Source of the DNA: a bacterium
GTDB lineage: Bacteria; Patescibacteriota; Minisyncoccia; Phycocordibacterales; CAIZLB01
Direction: 5' to 3'
NCBI GenBank assembly: GCA_037127815.1
Contig: JBAXXP010000002.1
Location: forward strand, 41,490 to 105,489
DNA length: 64,000 nucleotides
Shown: positions 19,397 to 28,317 of the stretch, one piece after another
How positions within the stretch are numbered: the stretch's first letter is position 1
Layout of the letters: each line of letters opens with the position of its first letter
Position numbers and translations under genes: made by a program
Notes under the pieces: model-generated
The model's input: only the letters and a program-made list of their open reading frames with translations
The model's database searches: none
Told to the model about the DNA's origin: nothing

Positions 19397-20785
19397 ATGA
19401 AAATAGAAACGCATTCAGTTTACGTAAAATTATCTTACGGGCTACTCAGAAGAATAGTAGCCCTTTTTATGAAATCATTCCTTTTGAAGGAAACTTCAGG
19501 GTTTGAAAATATTCCAAAAGAAGGTGGGGCAATTATAGCAATGAATCATCAAAGCTTTTTTGACTTTCTATCTGTTGCCGCTCTTGCACCAAGAAATGTT
19601 CACTTTCTGGCAGCCGAAAAATTCTTTTTAAATAAATACTGGAGGATACTAATGATAGCAACTGGACAAATTAGAGTTGACAGAAAGGCTGAAGATAAGA
19701 CAAAGGCGTTAGAGGGTGTACACAAACACCTTAAGGCAAAAACTCTGGTTGGTATTTTTCCAGAAGGTACCAGATCTCATTTAAAAGATGAGATGCTCAA
19801 GGCCTATACTGGAATTGCTAAATTTGCGCTTGAAAATAAAGTACCGATTGTACCGGTAGGTATTATTGGAACACATGAAATAATGTCCAAAGCTGACAAA
19901 AAGCCAAAGATTAAAAAAGTATTAGAAATTCATGTTGGAATCCCTATGCATTTTGAAAAGTACTACGGAATGCAAGAAGACAAAGAAATATGTACTTACG
20001 TAACAGAAAGAGTGATGATGGAAATAGAGAAATTATCTCAAAAGAAATATCCTCATTATGAATCTCCAATGCATAATGAATTTACAGATAAGAATGTTGC
20101 ATTAATTGACCTTGATGGAACTTTAACAAAGGATCAAACTCAAGGACTTTTTGTAAAATATTTAATGGAGAAGGGTTATATAAGCAAAAAAGACTCATTT
20201 CTTATTTATCTATGGTTCATTTTATACAAAGCAGGCCTTGTTAGTAATCCAAAGAAAGCTCTTGGTTTTGTATTAAAGAAATTTATTGGGGAGGAAGTAT
20301 CTGTTATAGATAAGGTTGTTGATGATTTCTACGAAATATCATTAAAAAACAATATATACGAGCAATCATTTGACTTGGTAAATAAGCTAAGAAATGAATC
20401 TTATTACACAATACTTACATCAGCAGCTGTGCAACCAATTGTTAAGAAGTTTGCAAAGGAACTTGGTTTTGATGATTATATTTCTACAGAGCTCGAGGTA
20501 AACAACGGAATATTAACAGGAGAAATAAAAGGTGAAAGTCATCATGGAATTAATAAAGTTTACGCTTTACATAAATATTTTGACAAACATAAAATAAATC
20601 CTAAGAAAATTATCGCTATAAGCGACCATCACTCTGATTTACCTTTACTAAGGTATGCAGAGTACGCTATATCAGCTAATCCTAATAAAAAATTATTTAA
20701 ATATTCTAAGAAAAATAATATTCCTGTGTTATACTTAAACAACAATGAACTTTTTCAGTATATCAAGTCTAATATTATCAATTAG
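19397..20785 (+). CDS. PlsC-type acyltransferase fused to a C-terminal HAD-superfamily (HAD-IB-like) hydrolase domain
   Basis: N-terminal half has NHQSFFD and FPEGTRS. C-terminal half has LIDLDGTLT (DxDGT HAD motif I) and later SDHHSD. Confidence 0.6.
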   Translation: MKIETHSVYVKLSYGLLRRIVALFMKSFLLKETSGFENIPKEGGAIIAMNHQSFFDFLSVAALAPRNVHFLAAEKFFLNKYWRILMIATGQIRVDRKAEDKTKALEGVHKHLKAKTLVGIFPEGTRSHLKDEMLKAYTGIAKFALENKVPIVPVGIIGTHEIMSKADKKPKIKKVLEIHVGIPMHFEKYYGMQEDKEICTYVTERVMMEIEKLSQKKYPHYESPMHNEFTDKNVALIDLDGTLTKDQTQGLFVKYLMEKGYISKKDSFLIYLWFILYKAGLVSNPKKALGFVLKKFIGEEVSVIDKVVDDFYEISLKNNIYEQSFDLVNKLRNESYYTILTSAAVQPIVKKFAKELGFDDYISTELEVNNGILTGEIKGESHHGINKVYALHKYFDKHKINPKKIIAISDHHSDLPLLRYAEYAISANPNKKLFKYSKKNNIPVLYLNNNELFQYIKSNIIN

Positions 20786-22331
20786 TAGTTTGTGTTTTGG
20801 TCTTATCATATACAGAAGTGATAAGAACAGTAAAATTGCACAATATTGGTTATATACATCTATAATTTTTTCGATTTGGTCATTTAGTTTATATGAAGTT
20901 ACAAAAACTTTATCGATGAATGTGGCATTCTTTTGGCAATTTATTCTAGATATTTCAGCTATAATTTTACCTACTCTTTATTTTGGCTTTACCTCAGAAC
21001 TCTTATTGTTGAAAAATTATCGTACAAGATATATTTTTTATACGATGTCATTCCTTACTGGTCTACTCAGTTTAACACCGTACTTTAAGGATGGAATGAT
21101 TATGCGTTATGGATTCTATTGGATAAACCCAGGTCCATTGTACTTCGTTTTCCCTGTAATGTTCTTTATTGTGGTTAGTACTGCTACTTATAATCTGATC
21201 AGTTCTTATGTTAAAAACAGAGAAAACGCAGTATTAAGAGGGCAAATTAGAAATACGTTAATAAGCTGCATATTTGGTTTTGTGGGAGGTTTTACAAACT
21301 TTTTTCCCCAACTTTTCAATGTGTACCCTTTTGGTAATTATCTTGTAATTTTCTTTGTTGTATTTATGGCCTATGGAGTTATTCGATATAAACTTGTTTC
21401 TAAAAAAGTTGTATCAGCTCAAATATTTTCTGTTGCTCTTTTAATAATATTCATATTTAACATAGTAAGATCACAGGACACTAACGATATAGCAATAAAT
21501 GTTATCATTTTTATAGCTTTCATTGTTTTCGGTATCTTCCTGCTAAAAAGTGTAAATAAGGAAATAGAGGCGAGAGAGAAAATAGAAAAGCTAGCCAAAG
21601 AACTTGAAGACGCAAATGTTAAATTAAAGGAGCTCGACCAGCAGAAATCTGAATTCATTTCCCTAACATCACATCAATTAAGAGGTCCGCTAACTGCAAT
21701 CAAAGGTTATGCTTCCATGATTCTAGAGGGTGACTTTGGTCCTATTACAGATATCGTGAGGGGTGCAAATAATAAAATACTTCAATCAACAAGTGACCTA
21801 GTAATTCTGGTTGGAGACTATTTAGATGTTTCAAGAATCGAGCAGGGAAGAATGCAATATAATTTTGAGCGCTTTGATCTTGCTGAAGAGGTTAGAACGG
21901 TTATAAATGAACTAATACCAACAATAGAAAAAGCTCATTTGTCTATGGCATTTGATATCGATAAAGATGCAAATTATACCGTTGATGCTGATAAGGGAAA
22001 AATTAAACAGGTGATTGGAAATATTATTGATAACTCAATAAAATATACACCACATGGAGGTATTCATGTTTGGTTAACCAGAAAGGCAAATAGTAAAATA
22101 TTAATTACAATTTCAGATACTGGTGTTGGTATAAAATCAGAAGTATTACCTATTCTCTTTAATAAATTCTCAAGAGCACCTGATGCTTCAAAGACAAATA
22201 TTATTGGAACTGGACTTGGTCTATATATTGCCAAAAAGATGATCGAGGTACACAAAGGTAGAATCTGGGTGGAATCTGCGGGAGATAATAAAGGGTCAAG
22301 CTTCTTTATTGAGTTGGAGGGTCTCAACTAA
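20745..22331 (+). CDS. Sensor histidine kinase with ~7-TM N-terminal domain
   Basis: Multiple TM helices, H-box LTSHQLRGPLTAIKGY, and N/G1/G2 boxes (DNSIKYT, ISDTGVGI, GTGLGLYIAKKMIEVHKGRIWVES). No response regulator adjacent. Confidence 0.8.
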   Translation: MNFFSISSLILSISSLCFGLIIYRSDKNSKIAQYWLYTSIIFSIWSFSLYEVTKTLSMNVAFFWQFILDISAIILPTLYFGFTSELLLLKNYRTRYIFYTMSFLTGLLSLTPYFKDGMIMRYGFYWINPGPLYFVFPVMFFIVVSTATYNLISSYVKNRENAVLRGQIRNTLISCIFGFVGGFTNFFPQLFNVYPFGNYLVIFFVVFMAYGVIRYKLVSKKVVSAQIFSVALLIIFIFNIVRSQDTNDIAINVIIFIAFIVFGIFLLKSVNKEIEAREKIEKLAKELEDANVKLKELDQQKSEFISLTSHQLRGPLTAIKGYASMILEGDFGPITDIVRGANNKILQSTSDLVILVGDYLDVSRIEQGRMQYNFERFDLAEEVRTVINELIPTIEKAHLSMAFDIDKDANYTVDADKGKIKQVIGNIIDNSIKYTPHGGIHVWLTRKANSKILITISDTGVGIKSEVLPILFNKFSRAPDASKTNIIGTGLGLYIAKKMIEVHKGRIWVESAGDNKGSSFFIELEGLN

Positions 22332-22403
22332 TCTGTTTCTAATACACCACAAGGCTTTTCTTGCACTATATGGAAGTGCTCAAAAGCACTTCCTCTTACC
22401 AAC

Positions 22404-22432
22404 AAAAAAACAACACTTGCGTGTTGTTTTTT
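22404..22432. terminator. Bidirectional hairpin between the histidine kinase and tRNA-His
   Basis: AAAAAAACAACAC-ttgc-GTGTTGTTTTTTATT, with A/T runs on both sides. Confidence 0.5.
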
Positions 22433-22436
22433 ATTG

Positions 22437-22510
22437 TGGGTAAGATGGGGCTCGAACCCATGACCTCTGGTTCCACAAACCAGCGCTCTAACCAACTGAG
22501 CTACATACCC
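22437..22510 (-). tRNA. tRNA-His (anticodon GTG)
   Basis: Reverse complement folds as a cloverleaf: GGGTATG / TA / GCTC-AGTTGGTTA-GAGC / G / CTGGT-TTGTGGA-ACCAG / AGGTC / ATGGG-TTCGAGC-CCCAT / CTTACCC / A. The anticodon loop is TT-GTG-GA. Discriminator is A73 and the -1 position is T, so no encoded G-1. Confidence 0.85.
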
Positions 22511-22538
22511 AAGATTGTGAGTTACAGAACAAAGATTA

Positions 22539-23888
22539 TCACGCGACAGTACTACTGTCAATAATTGCTTTTATTACCTCTGGAATCTGTTCAAAAGCAA
22601 CCTCTTGTTGTGTTCTTGCTGATAAGTTCTTAATTTGAGCCACCTTTTTGCTCATCTCATTACTTCCAGCAATTACAACAATCTGAATTTCTTGCTTCAA
22701 AGCATAGGTAAGTTGCTCTTTAAGGAAGTCTTCTTTACCCAAATAAATTTCAGTTGGAATACCTATTTTTCTTAAAGATGTGGTGATTTCTTGGCAATAT
22801 CCTTCAGCTTGTTTGTCAAAGTTTAGAATCAAAGCCTTAACTGTTGTTTTCTCTTTTTTAAGTAATGAAAGTTTCTCAAGGGCTGCAAACAGACGATCCA
22901 CACCAATAGATGCACCAACAGCAGGAAGTTTCTGCGCACTGAATCTTGATACCAAATCATCATATCTTCCACCCGAGAATACACTACCTATACTTGGTAA
23001 ATCCAAAAGCGTTGTCTCAAATACAGGTCCTGTATAATATCCAAGACCTCTTGCGACTGAAAGATCAATTTTCCAGAATTCTGATGGGACTTGAAGTGAT
23101 GCAAGATTGTCTACAATTTCCTTAAGCTCAGCAATACCTTCAAGTGCTTCAGGTGAGTCTGACATTAGAACTGAAAGATTTGTTAAAATTTCCTCAGCAG
23201 AATTTCCATCAAGTGTAATAAATTTATTTAATTGAGATATTTGAGACTCAGTTAATCCTTTACCTGTCAATTCTTTGGAAACTCCTGCCCATTCAATTTT
23301 ATCTAATTTATCAATCGATTTTAATACATCCACATTCATCTTCGCGTCATAACCAGCAAAAGAGGGTAGTCCATTTAATACTTTTCTGTTATTGATTTTT
23401 ATAAGAAATCTTTCAATCTTTAATGCAGAAAGTGTCTCATACATTAAGGCAACAACCTCAGCGTCGGCACTCATTCTTTCAGTACCAACAATGTCTGCAT
23501 CAAATTGAACGAATTCTCGGAATCTACCAGCTTGTGGTTTTTCTCCTCTCCAAACTTTACCAGTTTGATATCTCTTAAAAGGTTTTTCAATTTTATCACT
23601 GTAAAATGCCATGACACGTGCTAGAGGAACTGTTAAATCAAATCTTAGAGCAAGGCCTTCATCATCATTGCGAAGTCCGGCTTTAAACATCATCATTTTA
23701 AAATTAGCATCACCACCTGTTAGAATTTCCTCTTTTTCAATTCCAGGAGTATCCAATGGCAAGAAACCAAAAAGCTCAAATGTACTTCTGATAGAATCGA
23801 ACATTTTTTGTCTAGGAATCATGTCTTCTGGAAGATAGTCCTTGAATCCACCGGCTAGATCTGGAGAAATTGGTTTAGATATTTTCAT
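22539..23888 (-). CDS. hisS: Histidyl-tRNA synthetase
   Basis: Class II motifs (FLPLDTPGIE, LRFDLTVPLAR, GGRYDDL, RGLGYYTGPVFE) and a C-terminal anticodon-binding domain. Confidence 0.9.
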   Translation of the reverse strand: MKISKPISPDLAGGFKDYLPEDMIPRQKMFDSIRSTFELFGFLPLDTPGIEKEEILTGGDANFKMMMFKAGLRNDDEGLALRFDLTVPLARVMAFYSDKIEKPFKRYQTGKVWRGEKPQAGRFREFVQFDADIVGTERMSADAEVVALMYETLSALKIERFLIKINNRKVLNGLPSFAGYDAKMNVDVLKSIDKLDKIEWAGVSKELTGKGLTESQISQLNKFITLDGNSAEEILTNLSVLMSDSPEALEGIAELKEIVDNLASLQVPSEFWKIDLSVARGLGYYTGPVFETTLLDLPSIGSVFSGGRYDDLVSRFSAQKLPAVGASIGVDRLFAALEKLSLLKKEKTTVKALILNFDKQAEGYCQEITTSLRKIGIPTEIYLGKEDFLKEQLTYALKQEIQIVVIAGSNEMSKKVAQIKNLSARTQQEVAFEQIPEVIKAIIDSSTVA

Positions 23889-23986
23889 TTATATTGTTTG
23901 TAGCAACTGAATTTTAAATCAGTTAGACCTCATCATATTAACACACCCACATGGATTTTCAATCTAATCTCTGATAAACTACCATC

Positions 23987-24946
23987 ATGACTGAAACATC
24001 TAAAAAAGTATTATTATCTGGTATCAAATCAACAGGTAGACCTCATATTGCTAACTATTTTGGCGCAATGAAACAATATGTTGACCTTCAGGATCAATAT
24101 GATTCTCGTATTTTTATTGCAGACCTTCACTCTCTAACTACGGTTCAAAATAAAGCAGAGCTATCTCAAAATACACTTGATCTTGCCATAGACTATCTTG
24201 CTATCGGTCTTGATCCAAAGAAGGTTGTAATTTACAAACAATCTGACCTACCACAAGTAACTGAGCTTGCTTGGATTTTTAATTGTATTACAACTGTCCC
24301 ATATTTAATGCGTGCACATGCTTTTAAGGACGCTGAGGCAAAGAACAAAGAAATTAATGTTGGACTTTTCGATTATCCGATACTTATGGCGGCTGACATT
24401 CTAATTCACAATGCAGACATTGTTCCTGTAGGAAAGGATCAGCAACAGCATGTTGAAATCACAAGAGACACAGCGCAAAAATTCAATAGAGTTTTTGAAA
24501 CAGACATTTTCAAAATCCCAGATCACCTTATTCTAAAAGAAGTAGAGACAGTTCCTGGAATCGATGGGCAAAAGATGAGTAAGAGTTACAATAATCACAT
24601 TCCGCTTTTTTCAACTGATGAGGAGATTAAAAAATTGGTAATGGCCATTGTTACAGATTCAAATGGAGGAATCCCTGTTAATGTCTACAATATTCACAAA
24701 CTATTCAGAGATGAGGAATATTTGTCCAAGTTATATAAAGAGAATGAGGGCAAGTACAAAGCATTAAAAGAAGCTTTAATTGAGGATTTAATTGCCTTTA
24801 TTTCGCCACTTAGAGCTCGTAGAGAGGAGATTGCTAAAGACCCTGAGATTGTACGCGAAATGCTTAGAAACAACGCAAAAAAGCTTAAAATAGAGATTGA
24901 TGCAATTATGGATAGAGTGAAGGAAGCAGCTGGATTGGTTCTGTAA
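23987..24946 (+). CDS. trpS: Tryptophanyl-tRNA synthetase
   Basis: Class I: TGRPHIANY (HIGH-like), GLFDYPILMAADIL and KMSKS (QKMSKSYNN). Confidence 0.9.
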   Translation: MTETSKKVLLSGIKSTGRPHIANYFGAMKQYVDLQDQYDSRIFIADLHSLTTVQNKAELSQNTLDLAIDYLAIGLDPKKVVIYKQSDLPQVTELAWIFNCITTVPYLMRAHAFKDAEAKNKEINVGLFDYPILMAADILIHNADIVPVGKDQQQHVEITRDTAQKFNRVFETDIFKIPDHLILKEVETVPGIDGQKMSKSYNNHIPLFSTDEEIKKLVMAIVTDSNGGIPVNVYNIHKLFRDEEYLSKLYKENEGKYKALKEALIEDLIAFISPLRARREEIAKDPEIVREMLRNNAKKLKIEIDAIMDRVKEAAGLVL

Positions 24947-25089
24947 TCGACAACAATCAAAGATAGAAAAATATCATCTGTGGATAACTCAGAATATCTT
25001 TTGTTTTTCTCTATATTTTCTTTATGAAAAACTCATGTCTCTTATATACAATATCTTTATTATTAAGTTAGTATATAAACATAAAGTAA

Positions 25090-25698
25090 ATGAACAATAT
25101 GGTAAAAGTATTTAAGAAATCAATATCAGGTGATCAGAATAACAGCAATAATGACGCCAATGTTTTTTCATCTGAACAAAGTTACAGTAATAGCGACAGT
25201 TTTGTTACTCACAAAGAACTTGTCTCCGTATATTATGGTATAAAAGACGACATGCAAAATTCCGACAATGAATTTAGACTTGAGTTTGTGGCTGTAAAAA
25301 ATGACATCGGTAAACTTGATGAAAAATTCACAAAAGAATTTTTGAGTGTAAAAGATGAGATAAGGGTCTCTAGAGAAGAATCTCACAGAGAACTTATAGA
25401 GGTTAGAAATGAATTAATAGCTAGATTTGATAAAAGATTTGATGGTATTACATCTGATGTTGGTACATTAAAGTGCAATATAACCGTATTACAATCTGAT
25501 ATGGAGACATTACAGAATGATGTAGTTATATTGAAGAATGATGTAGTTATATTGAAGAATGATGTAGTTATATTGAAGAATGATGTAGCGGTACTAAAAG
25601 AGGATATGGCTGCGGTAAAAGATTACCTATTTACAAAACTTGTATCAGACATAAGAATGGTTGTCATGGAGTGTTTTACAGAAAAAGGGATTAATTAA
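25090..25698 (+). CDS. Coiled-coil protein with heptad tandem repeats (NDVVILK)n
   Basis: Predicted helical/coiled-coil protein whose C-terminal part is encoded by a 21-bp tandem DNA repeat. Confidence 0.45.
   Translation: MNNMVKVFKKSISGDQNNSNNDANVFSSEQSYSNSDSFVTHKELVSVYYGIKDDMQNSDNEFRLEFVAVKNDIGKLDEKFTKEFLSVKDEIRVSREESHRELIEVRNELIARFDKRFDGITSDVGTLKCNITVLQSDMETLQNDVVILKNDVVILKNDVVILKNDVAVLKEDMAAVKDYLFTKLVSDIRMVVMECFTEKGIN
25516..25591 (+). repeat. 21-bp tandem repeat, about 3.6 copies (AATGATGTAGTTATATTGAAG)
   Basis: Three perfect units plus a partial one, in frame, encoding NDVVILK repeats. Confidence 0.9.
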
Positions 25699-25768
25699 AA
25701 CACAACATACGGCAATAACAAGCATATACGATATATTAGTATTGATGCAATGTTTTGATTTACTCAAT

Positions 25769-25796
25769 TTGATTCTTTATCATTGTTTGCTATACT
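25769..25796 (+). promoter_or_regulatory. Sigma70-like promoter (TTGATT-16-TATACT) driving the aspS leader
   Basis: Good -35/-10 pair with 16-nt spacing. The predicted TSS is ~25803, giving a ~240-nt leader. Confidence 0.45.
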
Positions 25797-25803
25797 TTGA
25801 ATA

Positions 25804-26040
25804 AGCCGTTGAATCGATTAACACCGATGAGGCGAGGAAAGAAAATTTGCTAAATTACACCTAGAAATAGGCAGGATTTGAGCAAACCAGTAGAATCCTC
25901 CGTTCCATGCTACGCAAGCATAATGAGATAAAAAACAGGGTGGCACCGCGATAAAATCGCCCCTGCAAATTTATTATTAAACGTAATGAGTTTGTAGGGG
26001 TTATTTTGTTGGAAAATTTCAAAAAATAACTCTTGCAATA
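25804..26040 (+). promoter_or_regulatory. T-box riboswitch leader of aspS (antiterminator/terminator at 25937-26010)
   Basis: Conserved T-box core AGGG-UGGCACC-GCG-auaaaau-CGC-CCCU (25937-25964) has the canonical antiterminator shape, helix A1/A2 with a 7-nt UGGNACC bulge. It overlaps the terminator CGCCCCTGCAAA...TTTGTAGGGG plus a U-run (25958-26010). UGGC would pair with a G73-CCA acceptor end (tRNA-Asp/Asn). Upstream hairpins are candidate Stem I-III. Confidence 0.6.
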
Positions 26041-26050
26041 ATTAAAAAAC

Positions 26051-27457
26051 ATGAAAAATAGAATATATATAAAAGACCTAAAGGAGCACGCTGGAGAGGA
26101 AGTAACTATCGCAGGGTGGATAGATGTTAGAAGAGATCAAGGAAAATTAATTTTTCTAGATTTTAGAGATAAAACTGGAAAGGTACAAGGAGTAATCTTA
26201 CCAGGTGCAGACGCTGCAAAAGCTGTTGGAGAAACTTTGAGAACAGAATGGGTAGTTGAAGTTTTTGGAAAAGTTAATAATCGTCCAGAAAAAAATGTTC
26301 AGGCTGATAAGCAGAATGGTGATATTGAATTGGAAATTTTAGGAATCACAGTTTTGAATGAAGCAGAAACTCCCGCTTTTGAATTAACAAAAGACACAAT
26401 TGATGTAAGTGAGGAAATAAGATTAAAGTATAGATATTTAGACCTTAGAACTGATCGTCTTCAGAAAAATATCAGAAATAGACATAAGATGGCAAAGTTA
26501 ATCAGAGATATTTTTGATGAACAAGGTTATATAGAAGTTGAGACTCCACTTCTTACAAAGTCTACTCCAGAGGGTGCAAGAGACTTCCTTGTCCCTTCAA
26601 GACTAGAAAAGGGTGCTTTTTATGCTCTTCCACAAAGTCCCCAACAATACAAGCAGTTATTAATGGCAGGAGGGGTTGAAAACTATTTCCAAATTGCAAA
26701 ATGTATGCGCGATGAGGACAGTCGTGGGGATCGCCAGCCTGAATTTACTCAAATGGACGTAGAGGCAAGCTTCGTTACTGAAGAAGATATAATGTCATTA
26801 AATGAAAAAATGTTAATTGATATTGTTACAAAACTTTATCCTGAAAAAAGAATTCAAGAAATTCCTTTCCCAAGAATTCCATATGCTGTTGCGATGGAGA
26901 AATATGGAGTAGATAGACCTGATATTAGAACAGACAAAGAAGATGCAAATCTTTTAGCATTCTGTTGGATTGTTGATTTCCCATTCTTTGAGCGCGATAC
27001 TAAAGGTGGATGGACTTTTACCCACAACCCATTTTCAGCTCCAAAGAAGGAATTTGCAGAGCAATTGATGAATGCAAAAAGAAGTGACACTGGACTTGAG
27101 ACAATTCTTGCTGCTCAATACGATATTGTACTGAACGGTTCAGAAATAGGCGGGGGTAGTATCAGAAATCACAAGGCAGAAGCACTATTTAAGGTGTTTG
27201 AAATTCTTGGCTATGAAAAGGAAAAGGTGGAAAGTGACTTTGAGCATATGATTAAAGCTCTTAAATCAGGAACACCCCCACACGGTGGTATTGCCTGGGG
27301 ACTAGATAGACTTTTGATGCTTCTTGAAAACGAACCAAACATCAGAGAAGTTATGGCTTTCCCAAAGACAGGAGAAGGACGAGACCCAATGATGCAATCA
27401 CCATCTGGAGTTTCTGCTGAGCAACTTAGAGAATTGAATTTGATTATCAAGCAGTAA
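26051..27457 (+). CDS. aspS: Aspartyl-tRNA synthetase, short bacterial-type lacking the GAD insertion (possibly non-discriminating)
   Basis: OB-fold N-terminus, QSPQQYKQLLMAGGVENYFQIAKCMRDEDSRGDRQPEFTQMDVE, GGGSIRNH and GTPPHGGIAWGLDRLLMLL. At 468 aa versus ~590 for GAD-containing enzymes. Confidence 0.9.
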   Translation: MKNRIYIKDLKEHAGEEVTIAGWIDVRRDQGKLIFLDFRDKTGKVQGVILPGADAAKAVGETLRTEWVVEVFGKVNNRPEKNVQADKQNGDIELEILGITVLNEAETPAFELTKDTIDVSEEIRLKYRYLDLRTDRLQKNIRNRHKMAKLIRDIFDEQGYIEVETPLLTKSTPEGARDFLVPSRLEKGAFYALPQSPQQYKQLLMAGGVENYFQIAKCMRDEDSRGDRQPEFTQMDVEASFVTEEDIMSLNEKMLIDIVTKLYPEKRIQEIPFPRIPYAVAMEKYGVDRPDIRTDKEDANLLAFCWIVDFPFFERDTKGGWTFTHNPFSAPKKEFAEQLMNAKRSDTGLETILAAQYDIVLNGSEIGGGSIRNHKAEALFKVFEILGYEKEKVESDFEHMIKALKSGTPPHGGIAWGLDRLLMLLENEPNIREVMAFPKTGEGRDPMMQSPSGVSAEQLRELNLIIKQ

Positions 27458-27484
27458 ATTTGACTGTTGAGTCACACTATATTT

Positions 27485-27512
27485 GGGGTCAGGCACCGTG
27501 GTGCCTGACCCC
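27485..27512. repeat. REP-like palindrome (copy 2)
   Basis: GGGGTCAGGCACCGTGGTGCCTGACCCC. Confidence 0.85.
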
Positions 27513-27538
27513 AAACTGTATGCTATAATAAAGTCTAA

Positions 27539-28285
27539 ATGACAGAAGTATTTACGATTAAAACATCGGCATTTGAAGGTCCACTGGATCTTCTATTGTC
27601 ATTGGTTGAAAAACGTAAGTTATTTGTTAATGATGTCTCTCTAGCGCAAGTTACCGATGATTATATTAGTCACGTAAATAGACTAGGGGATTACTCGCTA
27701 AATAACAGGGCAGATTTTATTACTATTGCCTCAACTCTTATTCTAATCAAAGCAAAATCTCTTTTGCCAACAATTAGTTTAACTGAAGAAGAAAAGGGGG
27801 ATATAGATGATCTCGAGAGTAGATTAAAGCAACTGGAGATAATTAGAAAAGCGTCCGCTGAGCTTGGTAAAATATTTGGAAAGAATATTCTTTATGAAAG
27901 AGGGGATCTTAAGCAGGAGATAAAAGTTTTTGTTCCAAGTAAAGAAGTTGAGCAAGGAGAAATTGGTAATGCAATTTTAAGGCTTTTGAATTCATTGCCA
28001 AAAAAACAAGCTGCAGCGCCTAAGATAATCGTTAAAAAAATAATTAGCATTGAAGAGATGATTGACAAGCTAACTACGAGAATTCAATCTGCAATCAGAA
28101 TGACGTTCAGAGAGTTTAGTGGAACAAAGGGCAAAATGGATAGGGCTCAAAGAGTTGATGTTATTGTCAGTTTTTTGGCAATGCTTGAATTGGTAAAGCA
28201 AGGTATAATAAATGCAAAGCAAGAGAACTTGTTTGAGGACATAGAGATGGAGAGCGATAAAATTGGGGTTCCAAAATATATGTAG
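27539..28285 (+). CDS. scpA: Segregation and condensation protein A
   Basis: FEGPLDLLLSLVEKRKLFVNDVSLAQVTDDYI and a C-terminal winged helix. Confidence 0.8.
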   Translation: MTEVFTIKTSAFEGPLDLLLSLVEKRKLFVNDVSLAQVTDDYISHVNRLGDYSLNNRADFITIASTLILIKAKSLLPTISLTEEEKGDIDDLESRLKQLEIIRKASAELGKIFGKNILYERGDLKQEIKVFVPSKEVEQGEIGNAILRLLNSLPKKQAAAPKIIVKKIISIEEMIDKLTTRIQSAIRMTFREFSGTKGKMDRAQRVDVIVSFLAMLELVKQGIINAKQENLFEDIEMESDKIGVPKYM

Positions 28286-28317
28286 ATAATGGACAAGTAC
28301 CGATAACCAAACAAAAT

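Noticed and set aside
22328-22564. ORFs 22328..22561(-) and 22361..22564(+), 77 and 67 aa.
   Set aside because: They overlap the tRNA-His gene and terminator hairpin. The translated sequence (e.g. MGLEPMTSGSTNQRSNQLSYIP) is the characteristic artefact of translating a tRNA.
25861-26052. Minus-strand 63-aa ORF upstream of aspS.
   Set aside because: It coincides with the T-box leader RNA, so a structured regulatory RNA is the better explanation.
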